Below are positions 55,366 through 64,000 of a stretch of DNA of 64,000 nt, in pieces. Source of the DNA: Actinomycetota bacterium (GTDB lineage Bacteria > Actinomycetota > Geothermincolia > Fen-727 > JAQUKT01); the NCBI GenBank assembly GCA_028718945.1, contig JAQUKT010000003.1, forward strand, positions 624 to 64,623. Direction: 5' to 3'. Made by a program: the position numbers and the translations under genes. How positions within the stretch are numbered: the first letter of the stretch is position 1; each line of letters starts with the position of its first letter. A model generated the notes under the pieces. The model was not told the DNA's origin. It saw only the letters and a program-made list of their open reading frames with translations, and made no database searches.

Positions 55366-58086
55366 GTGAATAAGCGGGTGAATAAGCGGGTAAGGGCAGT
55401 TTTTCTTTCGCAGCAAGGTTTTTCGCTTGCAGAGGTTCTGGTGGCTTTTGTTCTGTTTACCACATCCGTCTTGGGCATATCAGTGATGCTTACAAGTGGT
55501 GGCGCGAATGTCATGCGTGGCGCGATGGAAAGCAAAGCGTCCGAACTTGCCGCGAAGAAAATTGAGGAAGTAAAGTCGCTTCGATATTATGCTCCATATT
55601 CAAGTGAAGACAATGACATTGATGACTACTATTACAATGCGTCCTACTCAAATGCGGAGCAGTTCGACCACCCGGTTGCAATTGAGGACTATGGAACAAT
55701 TTCTGGTTACGAGGACTACAAAAGAACAACAGCGGTTCAATACCAGTATGTAAGTGGCGGGGCTCTTACTCCCGCGGTGATGGATCCTTTGTGGAAACCA
55801 AAGAATGCTACCACTCCATACTTCGACAGACCAAAAGGTGGTCCAGCCGGTGGACCCTATGATTATCTGCACGTTATCGTAATTCAGGTCAAGGTTTATT
55901 ATCACCATGAAACTGCCCCTTCGGGTTCGGAGTTATGCTACACGGCACAGGGAATTTCAGGAGACATACTTGTAACTGGCGGAACGAATCAGCCTTTGCT
56001 TGTAATAAACTCGATTAGCCCCGTGACGGGTGCTCTCGGGGATACAAACATGCAGATGAAAATATATGTGACCTCAGCAGGGATGAATGACACATCTCAA
56101 CTCGAGGTATATCTGTGGTATCCGGGGCTTGCTGATTATTCAGCAAAATCAAGCCCTGCTCCGCAGTCAAATGCGGCTGGAACTGAGATAACCTGCTATT
56201 TTGACCTTTCTTCAGCGAGCGTAAGACCGGGATATTACAATATTGCGGTTTACTGGAAGGACAGAGGCGTAAAGGCAAAGTACAGGGATAATGTATTCAC
56301 GGTCATACAGCCTCCACCAGTAATAACGGGAATCTCAAATTTCAACTGGGGCTACAGGGGTCAGAATTCTCGGCAGGTAACCATTACCGGAAACTATCTT
56401 AAGAATCCGGACTCGGTGAAACTCAAAGGTCCTAACCCTGGCGATACATATTCAATTAACGGTGGGATTGTTTCCTCTACAATTAATCAGATTGTCGTGA
56501 AATTCGATCTTACCGGCGATTCAACAACAAGACCGCCAAACTCAAAGTGGAATGTTGAGGTAACAACGGGTGGAGGAACTGATACTTCTTCAAGCGATTC
56601 TGAAAGGGTCTGGATGAACCCTCCGCCAAACATAACCGCTGTTACTGGAAGCAGCCCGCCAAACTACTATAACTGGGCGTACAGGTCACTGACAACGAGA
56701 AAGGTTAGAGTTGAGGGAACATATCTTTACGGAATGAACGATGCAGCAAGCTCCGCAAAACTCAAATTCGGCTCGTTCTCTACTGGAAATGCGGCTTTCG
56801 TTTCTGGTCCTTACGGGAACAACTGTAATCACACCGACCCAATAATAATGAATTTCAATCCGAATTCAGCGGGAGCGGATTCAACCACAAACAACACTCA
56901 ATGGAAAGTGAGCATAACAAATCATGGTGGAACAAACGAATCCGATGATGTGGGGTCTGAAAGGGTCTTGATGAACCCACCACCCACCTTGAGTTCGCTT
57001 TCAGGCTTCCCGAGCCCCGCATATACGGGCTCGAGGGGTGGAAGCATCTACAATAACCTGACTGTAAATGGCACATACATCCAGAATAATTATTCGGGCG
57101 TTTATCTCACGAGAAACAGTGGTTCAGCCCCTGTTTCTGGAACGACGTACGTGAGGCTAACAGGCGGTTCATTGAACGATGCTGGAACACAGATAACGGG
57201 CTGTCAGGCAAAGGTTTATGTCAATCCAATGAGTGACTCATTCGACCAGTGGTCCGGGACAACTGACGCGACAAATGCCAACATCGGTGGTAATTACTAT
57301 CTGTACCTTGTGAATGGAGACAGTCAGGCGGGCATTCTTGGAACCGCGTATCCAATTACGCATGCCACTTATTCGATATCCTGCACGGCAACTCCATCGG
57401 GATGGGGAAGCGTATCAGGACCGGGAACATATTATCAGGATCAATCATACAGTCTTACCGCAAACCCGGTCAGTTCTTCGGGAAATTATCTTGGTGCTTT
57501 CAGGGTTTGGCAGGAGCCTCCAGGGACAGACCAGTGGAGTTATGCATATCCGCTTACCGGAACCGCAACCGCGTCGAGGAGCCTCAACTGCAGGTTCTGT
57601 AAATGGTTCTATCATGGAGACCTTGGTAACCCGGGCGCTAACATAGCAACCTGGCAGCAAACTGTGAATGATTCGCCTTATGACAATAACAATTACTTCT
57701 ATGACAACGGTGGATACTACGTTATGAAAATAAGGTCAAAAGCCAGCATCTCATTCCTATCCGCAAATTCTGGAGAAGTGGGGGCAAGGACGAACGCTCA
57801 GGTTGACTACACAGGCGCGACGACCCTCTGGTTCTACATGCAGCAGCAGGATGGAAATAACAACGGTGCTGCAAACAGGTCATATATCTGTTCATCTACC
57901 GGAACGGGCGATAGATGGAATGTTGGTTCACTCTGGGGTAGTGATGATGTTTACGATTTTGGCTGGAGACCCGTAAGCGTTTCTGGAAGAGCAGCCGGAT
58001 ATATCCACGTGAACTCCCAGACCGATTATTCAGTTCTTGGTGGGAACTCTACTGATACCCGGGTGAGGTATATTTTCATAGAGTAG
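55366..58086 (+). CDS. Large (~907 aa) prepilin-leader protein, Thr/Ser/Gly/Asn-rich adhesin-like minor pilin
   Basis: GTG start after AGGAGG; leader MNKRVNKRVRAVFLSQQG|FSLAEVLVAFVLF; extended -10 TGGTAAAAT at 55316-55324. Confidence 0.65.
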   Translation: MNKRVNKRVRAVFLSQQGFSLAEVLVAFVLFTTSVLGISVMLTSGGANVMRGAMESKASELAAKKIEEVKSLRYYAPYSSEDNDIDDYYYNASYSNAEQFDHPVAIEDYGTISGYEDYKRTTAVQYQYVSGGALTPAVMDPLWKPKNATTPYFDRPKGGPAGGPYDYLHVIVIQVKVYYHHETAPSGSELCYTAQGISGDILVTGGTNQPLLVINSISPVTGALGDTNMQMKIYVTSAGMNDTSQLEVYLWYPGLADYSAKSSPAPQSNAAGTEITCYFDLSSASVRPGYYNIAVYWKDRGVKAKYRDNVFTVIQPPPVITGISNFNWGYRGQNSRQVTITGNYLKNPDSVKLKGPNPGDTYSINGGIVSSTINQIVVKFDLTGDSTTRPPNSKWNVEVTTGGGTDTSSSDSERVWMNPPPNITAVTGSSPPNYYNWAYRSLTTRKVRVEGTYLYGMNDAASSAKLKFGSFSTGNAAFVSGPYGNNCNHTDPIIMNFNPNSAGADSTTNNTQWKVSITNHGGTNESDDVGSERVLMNPPPTLSSLSGFPSPAYTGSRGGSIYNNLTVNGTYIQNNYSGVYLTRNSGSAPVSGTTYVRLTGGSLNDAGTQITGCQAKVYVNPMSDSFDQWSGTTDATNANIGGNYYLYLVNGDSQAGILGTAYPITHATYSISCTATPSGWGSVSGPGTYYQDQSYSLTANPVSSSGNYLGAFRVWQEPPGTDQWSYAYPLTGTATASRSLNCRFCKWFYHGDLGNPGANIATWQQTVNDSPYDNNNYFYDNGGYYVMKIRSKASISFLSANSGEVGARTNAQVDYTGATTLWFYMQQQDGNNNGAANRSYICSSTGTGDRWNVGSLWGSDDVYDFGWRPVSVSGRAAGYIHVNSQTDYSVLGGNSTDTRVRYIFIE

Positions 58087-58098
58087 AGGGGAAGAGAT

Positions 58099-58722
58099 TT
58101 GAAGCAAAGAAAAGCTGAAGAAAACAAAAAGCAATGCGAGGGTTTCACGCTCGTGGAACTTCTCATTGTTGTTGTGCTTTCGTTCATAATGATTTTTGGA
58201 ATGGTTGGTCTCATCGAGATGGCATTCGGGACTTTCCGGTCGAGGCGCGATGTTCAGCAGGTTACAGATACCGCGAGAACGGCGCTCTCCACCATGGAAA
58301 GACAGCTCAAAGGTGCTCTGTACTTTAATGACGATGATTGTACAGCCTCACAGGTTTCCTTCTATGCTGACGTAGATAACGACAACCCGTCCGCGAATTC
58401 GAACAACTGGACCGAAGGGGAAAAGGTGGTTTTCTCAAAAAGTGGGGCAAATGTCGTTCAGACTACCACGCAACCAACATCGGAAGGAGGCGGTGTTACG
58501 ACCGCGAACCTCGGTGGTTACTGTAGCAACTTGCAGTTATTCTACTTCGCGTCAGGAGTGAAGCCTCACTGGAATGGTTCCACTTACGATAACGCGATAA
58601 CCCTTCCGGGTGACGTTAACAAAAACTGCGGGATGGTAAAGGTAAGGCTTACACTCACGAGCGGAAAGATTATGAGGTATTTTGAAAGAGACTGTTTTTT
58701 GAGAATACTCAAACGCGGGTGA
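58099..58722 (+). CDS. Pseudopilin (PilW/GspJ-like)
   Basis: ...QCEG|FTLVELLIVVVLSFIMIFGMVGL prepilin N-terminal domain. Confidence 0.65.
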   Translation: MKQRKAEENKKQCEGFTLVELLIVVVLSFIMIFGMVGLIEMAFGTFRSRRDVQQVTDTARTALSTMERQLKGALYFNDDDCTASQVSFYADVDNDNPSANSNNWTEGEKVVFSKSGANVVQTTTQPTSEGGGVTTANLGGYCSNLQLFYFASGVKPHWNGSTYDNAITLPGDVNKNCGMVKVRLTLTSGKIMRYFERDCFLRILKRG

Positions 58723-58723
58723 T

Positions 58724-61639
58724 GTGGAGGTAGGAAAGATGAGGAAAATCTGGGATTTCAAATGGGGAAGGATAAAGGACGAATCGGGGTATGTTCTCAT
58801 CATGGCTCTTTTTGTCATTCTCATTCTTTCCCTTATTGGAGTTGCTCTTACGGTTGTTGGGATCCAGGAATATACGATTTCTTCGCTTACAAAACTGATG
58901 GACCAGTCTTATGCCATTGCTGACGCGGGGGTGAACCGCGCGGCTGTTCACATTCAGTTGAACCCGGACCTCACGAAGACAACTTCTCCCGCATACCCCA
59001 CAGCCCAGTACGGACCCGCCTCGGAAAACTTCGGTGGTGGTCAGTTCACATATTCGATTTATCAGAGCAACATATATCCAAGCGACCCCACAATGAAGAT
59101 AATAAGGTCAACCGGAAAAATAACCAGGGGCGGTAAGACCTCCGAGAGAACGATTGAGGCTCAAATCCAGATTGGAGCGGGTAGCGAAGAATACGACGCC
59201 TCGTTTGACTACTGCATATACAACGGGAACTCCGATTCGGGCGGAACCGGAACATGGCCATCGGTTCTTAGATTTGGTGGATATATTTCTGGAAACTATT
59301 ATTTCGATGGTCTTACACCTTATGAGGGAAGGTCTCCAAAAGGCGCTGTCTATACAAAGGGAAGCATTCAGATTCCGGTATGGCTTCTTGGTGACATAAT
59401 ATACAAGGGAAATATTGTTGCTACCGATAACATTGAGATACGAAATACCTGGCACGCTGACTGGAATGATCCGGGAATCCAAATCCAGAACGGCAGAGCA
59501 ATCGCAGGTCTTGACGGAACTGGAAATCTTTCGGTAAAAGTTGCGGAATGTATTGCCGCGACTAAGCCGGCATTAAGTATTCCTTCACCGAGCAGAGTTG
59601 TTGCCGCTGGAGACATAACAATTGATACATTGGTAAATGCCTCACTTTCAAATGTTCTTGAAATCGGTGATGTGAAGGCTGGCGGAAATGTAAGAATATC
59701 GGGTACTTTCAATATAAGCCAGGCAATGCAGATTGGGAATGTTATTTCGGGTGGGAAAACAACTGTTGAGAGTCGCTGGCTTAACGGAATAAACGTTGGG
59801 AACATCTGGGCTGGGCAGGCAGCGGATGGTCTTGGTGTTGACCTTGATACCGAGGCGGCGTCTAAGATTACCGTCGCGGGAATAACATCCAGAGGAAAGG
59901 TCAATGCCGAGGCGGACGTAGCAGGAATTTCTACCGCGAACATAATTGCCGGAAATGACATAACTGGTTCAACGGGAGGTATTGGTGTTCGCTTCAAGAT
60001 TGCGTGGCTTTCAGGCACGAGTGTTGGAACTATTATTTCTACGGGAAGAGTTAACCTGGAGGCAGTGAACATCTCAAACATTACAACCGGTTCAATATAT
60101 GCTGGAGCCGATGCAGGTGGAACGGGCGTTTATTGGCAGGGTAATGTTTTATCATCTATAGACTGCGGTGACGTGTATTCTGTTGGGTGCGTATATGCAA
60201 ATTTGGCTTCGGGTTCCGACATTTCGATTGGTTTAATTAATTGCGAGTCCTATGTTTACTTGACGGGGAAGGAGTGGTCGTCTGTTAGCGACGACATCAT
60301 TGTGGATGGAGCAATAAAGGCAAAAGATTATGTGAAGATAACAGGCTATGACGACATAATGGTTTATGGTGCCATAACAACGGAGTCATGGGTTTGGATA
60401 AAGGATTACTATGGGTCATTTTCACTTGGGAACGTCCGAATTTATGGTAACGTATGGGCGGATACCGAGATCTGCCCCGATACTGGTTATACAATCAGGA
60501 TTGAAAACGAATTGTGGCAGGACTGCGATGTTCATGGTTCTATTATGGCAAGGGGTCCGATACGTTATTTGTCAACTCAACCAGGAGTTACAGGTGAGGG
60601 TGATACCTACATTGATGGCGGATTATGGGGAACATCCGTGAAGGTTACCCGAGATTGGGGTGGAGGTTATGGTGACCTCTATGTAGGGAAAATTTCTGGC
60701 AGTAATGATTCGATAAGGTCTACCGGGAATGTTGAATGCAAAGGCGCGGGCGACGTCTTTGATGATGATATAATCTTGGGAGGCGGTTCAGGGGACATAC
60801 GCTACAACGGCTCGACTGACATCGATGATACCGATTACGGTTCGACGTTCGGTGGATATACAAGCCTTCCAGATGCTCCCAACCTTGGGAATCTTGTAAC
60901 GACTCCAGCGAAGCCGAATCCGGTATATGTTGACAGGAATGGCGTATTTGATGAGCCGGGACCTGCTGGTCAGAACAAAAACGTTGATGTTCTCGCGGAA
61001 GCGGGACTTCACGGAACCGTTGATTTGCTTGAGCCAAACTGGGAATACTTTGAGACAATGGCAAAGCAGGATGACGCGAGCAATCCCGGTGCCCCGCACA
61101 TGATTTATGATGGTGGAGCGGGAGATAAAGATGGGGTTGTGAACGATGAGATTAAATTCCAGTGGGATACAACCACCCCTTACTCCACTAATGAAACTGT
61201 CTACAATGGAGACCCTGATGTCAGCATAGTCATCAACAAGCTGGACTGGACTGGAAGGGGACCGAAGTTCACAGGGACGCTTGTTTCAAGAGGAAGTATT
61301 TACATGTCTTGTAGTAGTACAGACTGGACTATGGAACAAGAAGAGACTTTGAACCTTGTTTCCGGTTACGACATATCCTCGAAGACTGCGGGTCTTACGG
61401 TCTGGGAAAACCCCAACTGCCATTACCACTGGTGGGCGGAGCACAACATTGACATATCAAACATGAGGTTTTCACTCGGCGGAGGTCAAACCTACTACGG
61501 TTCATTCACCGCTGGAAATACAGTCATGTACGCGGATAACTCCTTCTGGCCTGATAGCACTTTCAGGTGGTCAAGGTGGGAACTCGATCCTGTTGCATGG
61601 GCTCCGCCATTTGATATTCTCGTCTGGAAGGAGATTTGA
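58724..61639 (+). CDS. Giant PilX-N-like pilus-associated protein with beta-helical Gly/Asn-rich repeats (971 aa)
   Basis: N-terminus GYVLIMALFVILILSLIGVALTVVG resembles the PilX N-terminal domain; ~600 aa of repeated GN(I/V)..G..(V/I) units typical of beta-helix/solenoid. Confidence 0.6.
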   Translation: MEVGKMRKIWDFKWGRIKDESGYVLIMALFVILILSLIGVALTVVGIQEYTISSLTKLMDQSYAIADAGVNRAAVHIQLNPDLTKTTSPAYPTAQYGPASENFGGGQFTYSIYQSNIYPSDPTMKIIRSTGKITRGGKTSERTIEAQIQIGAGSEEYDASFDYCIYNGNSDSGGTGTWPSVLRFGGYISGNYYFDGLTPYEGRSPKGAVYTKGSIQIPVWLLGDIIYKGNIVATDNIEIRNTWHADWNDPGIQIQNGRAIAGLDGTGNLSVKVAECIAATKPALSIPSPSRVVAAGDITIDTLVNASLSNVLEIGDVKAGGNVRISGTFNISQAMQIGNVISGGKTTVESRWLNGINVGNIWAGQAADGLGVDLDTEAASKITVAGITSRGKVNAEADVAGISTANIIAGNDITGSTGGIGVRFKIAWLSGTSVGTIISTGRVNLEAVNISNITTGSIYAGADAGGTGVYWQGNVLSSIDCGDVYSVGCVYANLASGSDISIGLINCESYVYLTGKEWSSVSDDIIVDGAIKAKDYVKITGYDDIMVYGAITTESWVWIKDYYGSFSLGNVRIYGNVWADTEICPDTGYTIRIENELWQDCDVHGSIMARGPIRYLSTQPGVTGEGDTYIDGGLWGTSVKVTRDWGGGYGDLYVGKISGSNDSIRSTGNVECKGAGDVFDDDIILGGGSGDIRYNGSTDIDDTDYGSTFGGYTSLPDAPNLGNLVTTPAKPNPVYVDRNGVFDEPGPAGQNKNVDVLAEAGLHGTVDLLEPNWEYFETMAKQDDASNPGAPHMIYDGGAGDKDGVVNDEIKFQWDTTTPYSTNETVYNGDPDVSIVINKLDWTGRGPKFTGTLVSRGSIYMSCSSTDWTMEQEETLNLVSGYDISSKTAGLTVWENPNCHYHWWAEHNIDISNMRFSLGGGQTYYGSFTAGNTVMYADNSFWPDSTFRWSRWELDPVAWAPPFDILVWKEI

Positions 61640-61657
61640 CATTTGATGTATCTTAAA

Positions 61658-61688
61658 AGGACCGGCTCAGAGCCGGTCTTTTTTATAT
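61658..61688 (+). terminator. Rho-independent terminator after the minor-pilin operon
   Basis: GACCGGC-tcaga-GCCGGTC followed by TTTTTTATATT, directly after the 61639 stop. Confidence 0.65.
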
Positions 61689-61735
61689 TGGTTGTTTTTT
61701 TGATAATATCTACATGTTTGAAAAGGAGGCGGAAG

Positions 61736-62221
61736 TTGAGATTTTTTGCATTAAGGAAAGGGCTTGCGTTTCTGCTCGTTTTTCTCTTCATTGCTGGATT
61801 TTCGGGTTGCGGGCGGAGTGTGGATTCCTACAAGGCGGAATACAAAAAAAGGCTCGATTCTTTCGAGGATAGAGTCACGAAGGACGACAAAAAAGTTGGA
61901 GGGCTGATTTCGAAAAATGACATAGCGGGGGCTTTGAAGGAAATAAGAAGGAGAGTGCGTGATGTTGATTCCTTTACCACTAAGATGATTGACATGCTTC
62001 CGCCGGATGAGCTTCAAAGAGTCTATATCCTTACCCTCTATTACCTCTCCTGCCTTGCCAGTCAACTCGAGGCGCAGGAAAGCTGGCTTGACGCCGCAAT
62101 TGCGGGAAAGCCAACCAATGATTTGCAGGAAATCGTGAAGAAAGAAGCGGGAAAAACAAAGTTTGCCGGTTCTGAACTTGCCATTGAACTTCAAAAGCAG
62201 GGAATCACCCTCAACAAGTAG
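61736..62221 (+). CDS. Hypothetical lipoprotein
   Basis: TTG start after AGGAGG; signal MRFFALRKGLAFLLVFLFIAGFSGC (lipobox). The longer ORF from 61643 merely translates the terminator hairpin. Confidence 0.5.
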   Translation: MRFFALRKGLAFLLVFLFIAGFSGCGRSVDSYKAEYKKRLDSFEDRVTKDDKKVGGLISKNDIAGALKEIRRRVRDVDSFTTKMIDMLPPDELQRVYILTLYYLSCLASQLEAQESWLDAAIAGKPTNDLQEIVKKEAGKTKFAGSELAIELQKQGITLNK

Positions 62222-62246
62222 GGGTCAGGTCTTGCAATACGACAAT
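62221..62246 (+). repeat. REP-like repeat arm A, solo
   Basis: GGGGTCAGGTCTTGCAATACGACA immediately after the lipoprotein stop. Confidence 0.8.
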
Positions 62247-62291
62247 TTTATGTAAACCAAGTCATTATTTTGAAAGAGAGCAGAGAAAAGC

Positions 62292-63149
62292 ATGAATCGC
62301 TGCGAAAAACACCCCGATGAAGATTCAATGGTTACCTGCATGAGTTGTGGAAGGAACTTCTGCAGAATCTGCCACCCGCTCCTCGGTGCCGGTCAGTATT
62401 GCCCGAGGTGCCATGAGGAATACATCGAGAAGCTCGGGAAGGGCGCCGAAGCGATTCCAGTCGAGCAAAAAGGCAAGTCAAAATCTCTATTGAAATCTCT
62501 TGTCGAGAAAATCAAAAGATTTTTCAGCGCCGTGCCGAACGCGATTCTTTCCGCTTTGAGGAAATGCGCGAAGTTCTTTGTTTTTATTGCTCACCTTCCG
62601 GTAAGGATTTTCAGAAGAGTCGCAAGCGAAATCAAAGAACACTTCCCGTTTTCTCTCGCTGAAAGAAAGGATTTATCAGATATATCAGTTTTTCAAAAAA
62701 TCTGGTGGAAGCTCGTCATCTCTCTTTTTTCGGGTCTTATTCTATGGGTTATTGTGGTTATGATTTTCCACCAGAGGAATCCAGCCTTTTCGCTTGTAGT
62801 TTCAGCCATTGTTGCTTTTTTTGTTTCCTTCTTTTTTGGCTGGGAATTCGGGGTTCCAGTCGGAATACTTTCATGCCTCGTTGTGCTTGGAGCGCTTTCG
62901 CTTGGTGAAGTAGTGGCACAGGTCTTGTGCAGGGCGAAAATATTGAGACTAAACGATGTTCAAACCATAGGTATCGTTCAGCTTGGGAGCAAGGAAACAT
63001 TTGGATTTTCGTTTGTCATCAAGGTAATTCTTCAAAGGCTTCTTCCCTCGGCAGCGCTTGCCTTCCTGATAGGCTACTGGCCGCTTCCCAAGCGCCCTGC
63101 CTGGCGCGGCTGGCATGGGGTCAGGTCTTGCAATACGACAAAATCTTGA
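62292..63149 (+). CDS. Zinc-ribbon/B-box-like N-terminal domain membrane protein (hypothetical); 3' end overlaps a REP copy
   Basis: CEKHPDE...CMSCGRNFCRICHP...YCPRCH Cys/His pattern followed by ~4 TM helices; last 11 codons (WHGVRSCNTTKS) lie in the repeat. Confidence 0.5.
   Translation: MNRCEKHPDEDSMVTCMSCGRNFCRICHPLLGAGQYCPRCHEEYIEKLGKGAEAIPVEQKGKSKSLLKSLVEKIKRFFSAVPNAILSALRKCAKFFVFIAHLPVRIFRRVASEIKEHFPFSLAERKDLSDISVFQKIWWKLVISLFSGLILWVIVVMIFHQRNPAFSLVVSAIVAFFVSFFFGWEFGVPVGILSCLVVLGALSLGEVVAQVLCRAKILRLNDVQTIGIVQLGSKETFGFSFVIKVILQRLLPSAALAFLIGYWPLPKRPAWRGWHGVRSCNTTKS
63117..63143 (+). repeat. REP-like repeat arm A, 20 nt upstream of the RAYT start
   Basis: GGGGTCAGGTCTTGCAATACGACAAAA. Confidence 0.8.
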
Positions 63150-63162
63150 TTATGATGTATGC

Positions 63163-64000
63163 ATGGCGAGACCATTAAGAATAGAATTTCCCGGTGCTGT
63201 TTATCACATTACTGCGAGGGGAAACGCGAAGCAGGACATTTTTCTCGATAATAAAGACTTCCTTGATTTTCTTTATATCCTATGTTCTGTGGTCAAGAGA
63301 TATAACTGGATTTTGCATGCATACTGCCTCATGAGCAACCATTATCACCTTCTGGTAGAGACTCCCGAGGGAAATCTTTCAATAGGAATGAGGCAACTGA
63401 ATGGAACATTCACCCAGCAGTTCAACCGAAGACACAAGAGGGTTGGGCACCTTTTCCAGGGCAGATACAAAGCGATTCTCGTGGATAAGGATAGTTACCT
63501 GCTTGAACTTTGCAGGTATATTGTGTTGAACCCTGTAAGGGCTGGAATCGTAAGAAGCCCAAAGTATTGGCAATGGAGCAACTATAGAGAAACAGCCGGG
63601 TACGGGAGAGAGATTCTCTGCCTGACGAGAGAGTGGACACTTCTTCAATTTGGCAGAAAAAGAGAAGGGGCTGAGGAGCAATACAGGCAGTTTGTGCATG
63701 AAGGGTTGAAGGAAGGTGCGCCCTGGGAAGGAGTAAAGGGGCAAATATATCTCGGGAATGATGAATTTCTCAAGCGGATAGACACGTTGATAAAAGGCGG
63801 AGAGACCTTGAAGGAGGTGCCAAAAGCGCAGCGATATATAACAAAGCCGGAACTCAAGGATATATTCAAACATAAAGGGGGTAAGGTAGATCCGCTTGAA
63901 GCGTACGAAGCTCATGTTCGATATGGATACACGTTAAAAGAGATAGCCGAACACCTCGGTGTGCATTACGCCACAATCAGCAGGGCTTTGAAGAGGTTGG
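63163..64000 (+). mobile_element. REP-associated tyrosine transposase (RAYT, IS200/IS605 Y1-HuH family) with C-terminal DnaA-C-like HTH; partial, continues beyond window
   Basis: Own translation: MARPLRIEFPGAVYHITARGN...MSNHYHLLVETPEGNLS (HuH motif) ...YKAILVDKDSYLLELCRYIVLNPVRAGIV (catalytic Tyr helix, RAYT signature) ...GYTLKEIAEHLGVHYATISRALKRL. Open to window end, hence absent from the ORF track. Confidence 0.8.

Noticed and set aside
55375-55398. 12-bp tandem duplication GAATAAGCGGGT x2 at the start of the large pilin-like gene.
   Set aside because: Produces NKRVNKRV in a prepilin leader. It is a small in-frame duplication with no evident function beyond possible slip-strand variation, so it is not raised as a finding.
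61643-61735. N-terminal 31 codons of ORF 61643..62221 (MMYLKRTGSEPVFFILVV...); the same TGSEPV peptide also appears in antisense ORF 61495..61791.
   Set aside because: This segment is the GACCGGC/GCCGGTC terminator hairpin plus T-run translated in both directions. The real start is the TTG at 61736, after AGGAGG, giving a lipoprotein signal.

Overview
Dense bacterial chromosomal segment with about 65 protein-coding genes on both strands; no rRNA, tRNA or CRISPR array was recognised. The content suggests a monoderm-like anaerobe from a poorly characterised lineage, but that is only an inference. From the left end the genes run as follows. A partial secreted metallophosphoesterase gene on the minus strand leaves the window. 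Then come pdxS-pdxT, yebC-ruvC-ruvA-ruvB, queH-queA-tgt-yajC-secD-secF and a RelA/SpoT (p)ppGpp synthetase/hydrolase. Next are dtd, an MBL-fold hydrolase, hisS-aspS, a GT-C-type membrane glycosyltransferase and a DUF948 protein. Then alaS-ruvX-mltG. Next is a divergent [NiFe]-hydrogenase-like cassette (V4R protein, small subunit, large-subunit homologue, ferredoxin). It is followed by a Ras-like GTPase signalling cassette (two Roadblock/LC7 proteins, a DUF4388/MshEN protein with a roughly 600-aa polyacidic tail, a COG2229-type GTPase). Then comes a type IV pilus locus (aroE, pilB, pilT, pilC, pilA, a DUF2723/TPR glycosyltransferase-like gene on the opposite strand, pilD, a small HTH gene, pilM-N-O, a PilP-like gene) fused to aroC-aroK-aroB-aroQ. 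The locus shows no secretin in this window. Next is an ECF sigma / DUF5667 anti-sigma pair, then a minor-pilin island with three pseudopilins, a second pilin, a clan-CD cysteine-peptidase lipoprotein and two giant (918 and 971 aa) prepilin-leader adhesin-like proteins. The window ends with a lipoprotein, a zinc-ribbon membrane protein and a partial REP-associated tyrosine transposase (RAYT) gene that runs off the window. Two repeat families stand out. The first is a short GGGGTCAG-headed REP-like family with at least 10 copies, several overlapping gene ends and one forming a perfect 87-bp palindromic unit; one copy sits directly upstream of the RAYT gene (a REPtron-like arrangement). The second is a roughly 160-bp GC-rich element with 18-bp terminal inverted repeats, present as two inverted copies that bracket the 16-kb pilus/shikimate segment. 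The most interesting hypothesis is that the degenerate hydrogenase-like module and the Roadblock/GTPase module form a redox- or H2-responsive switch controlling the adjacent type IV pilus machinery.
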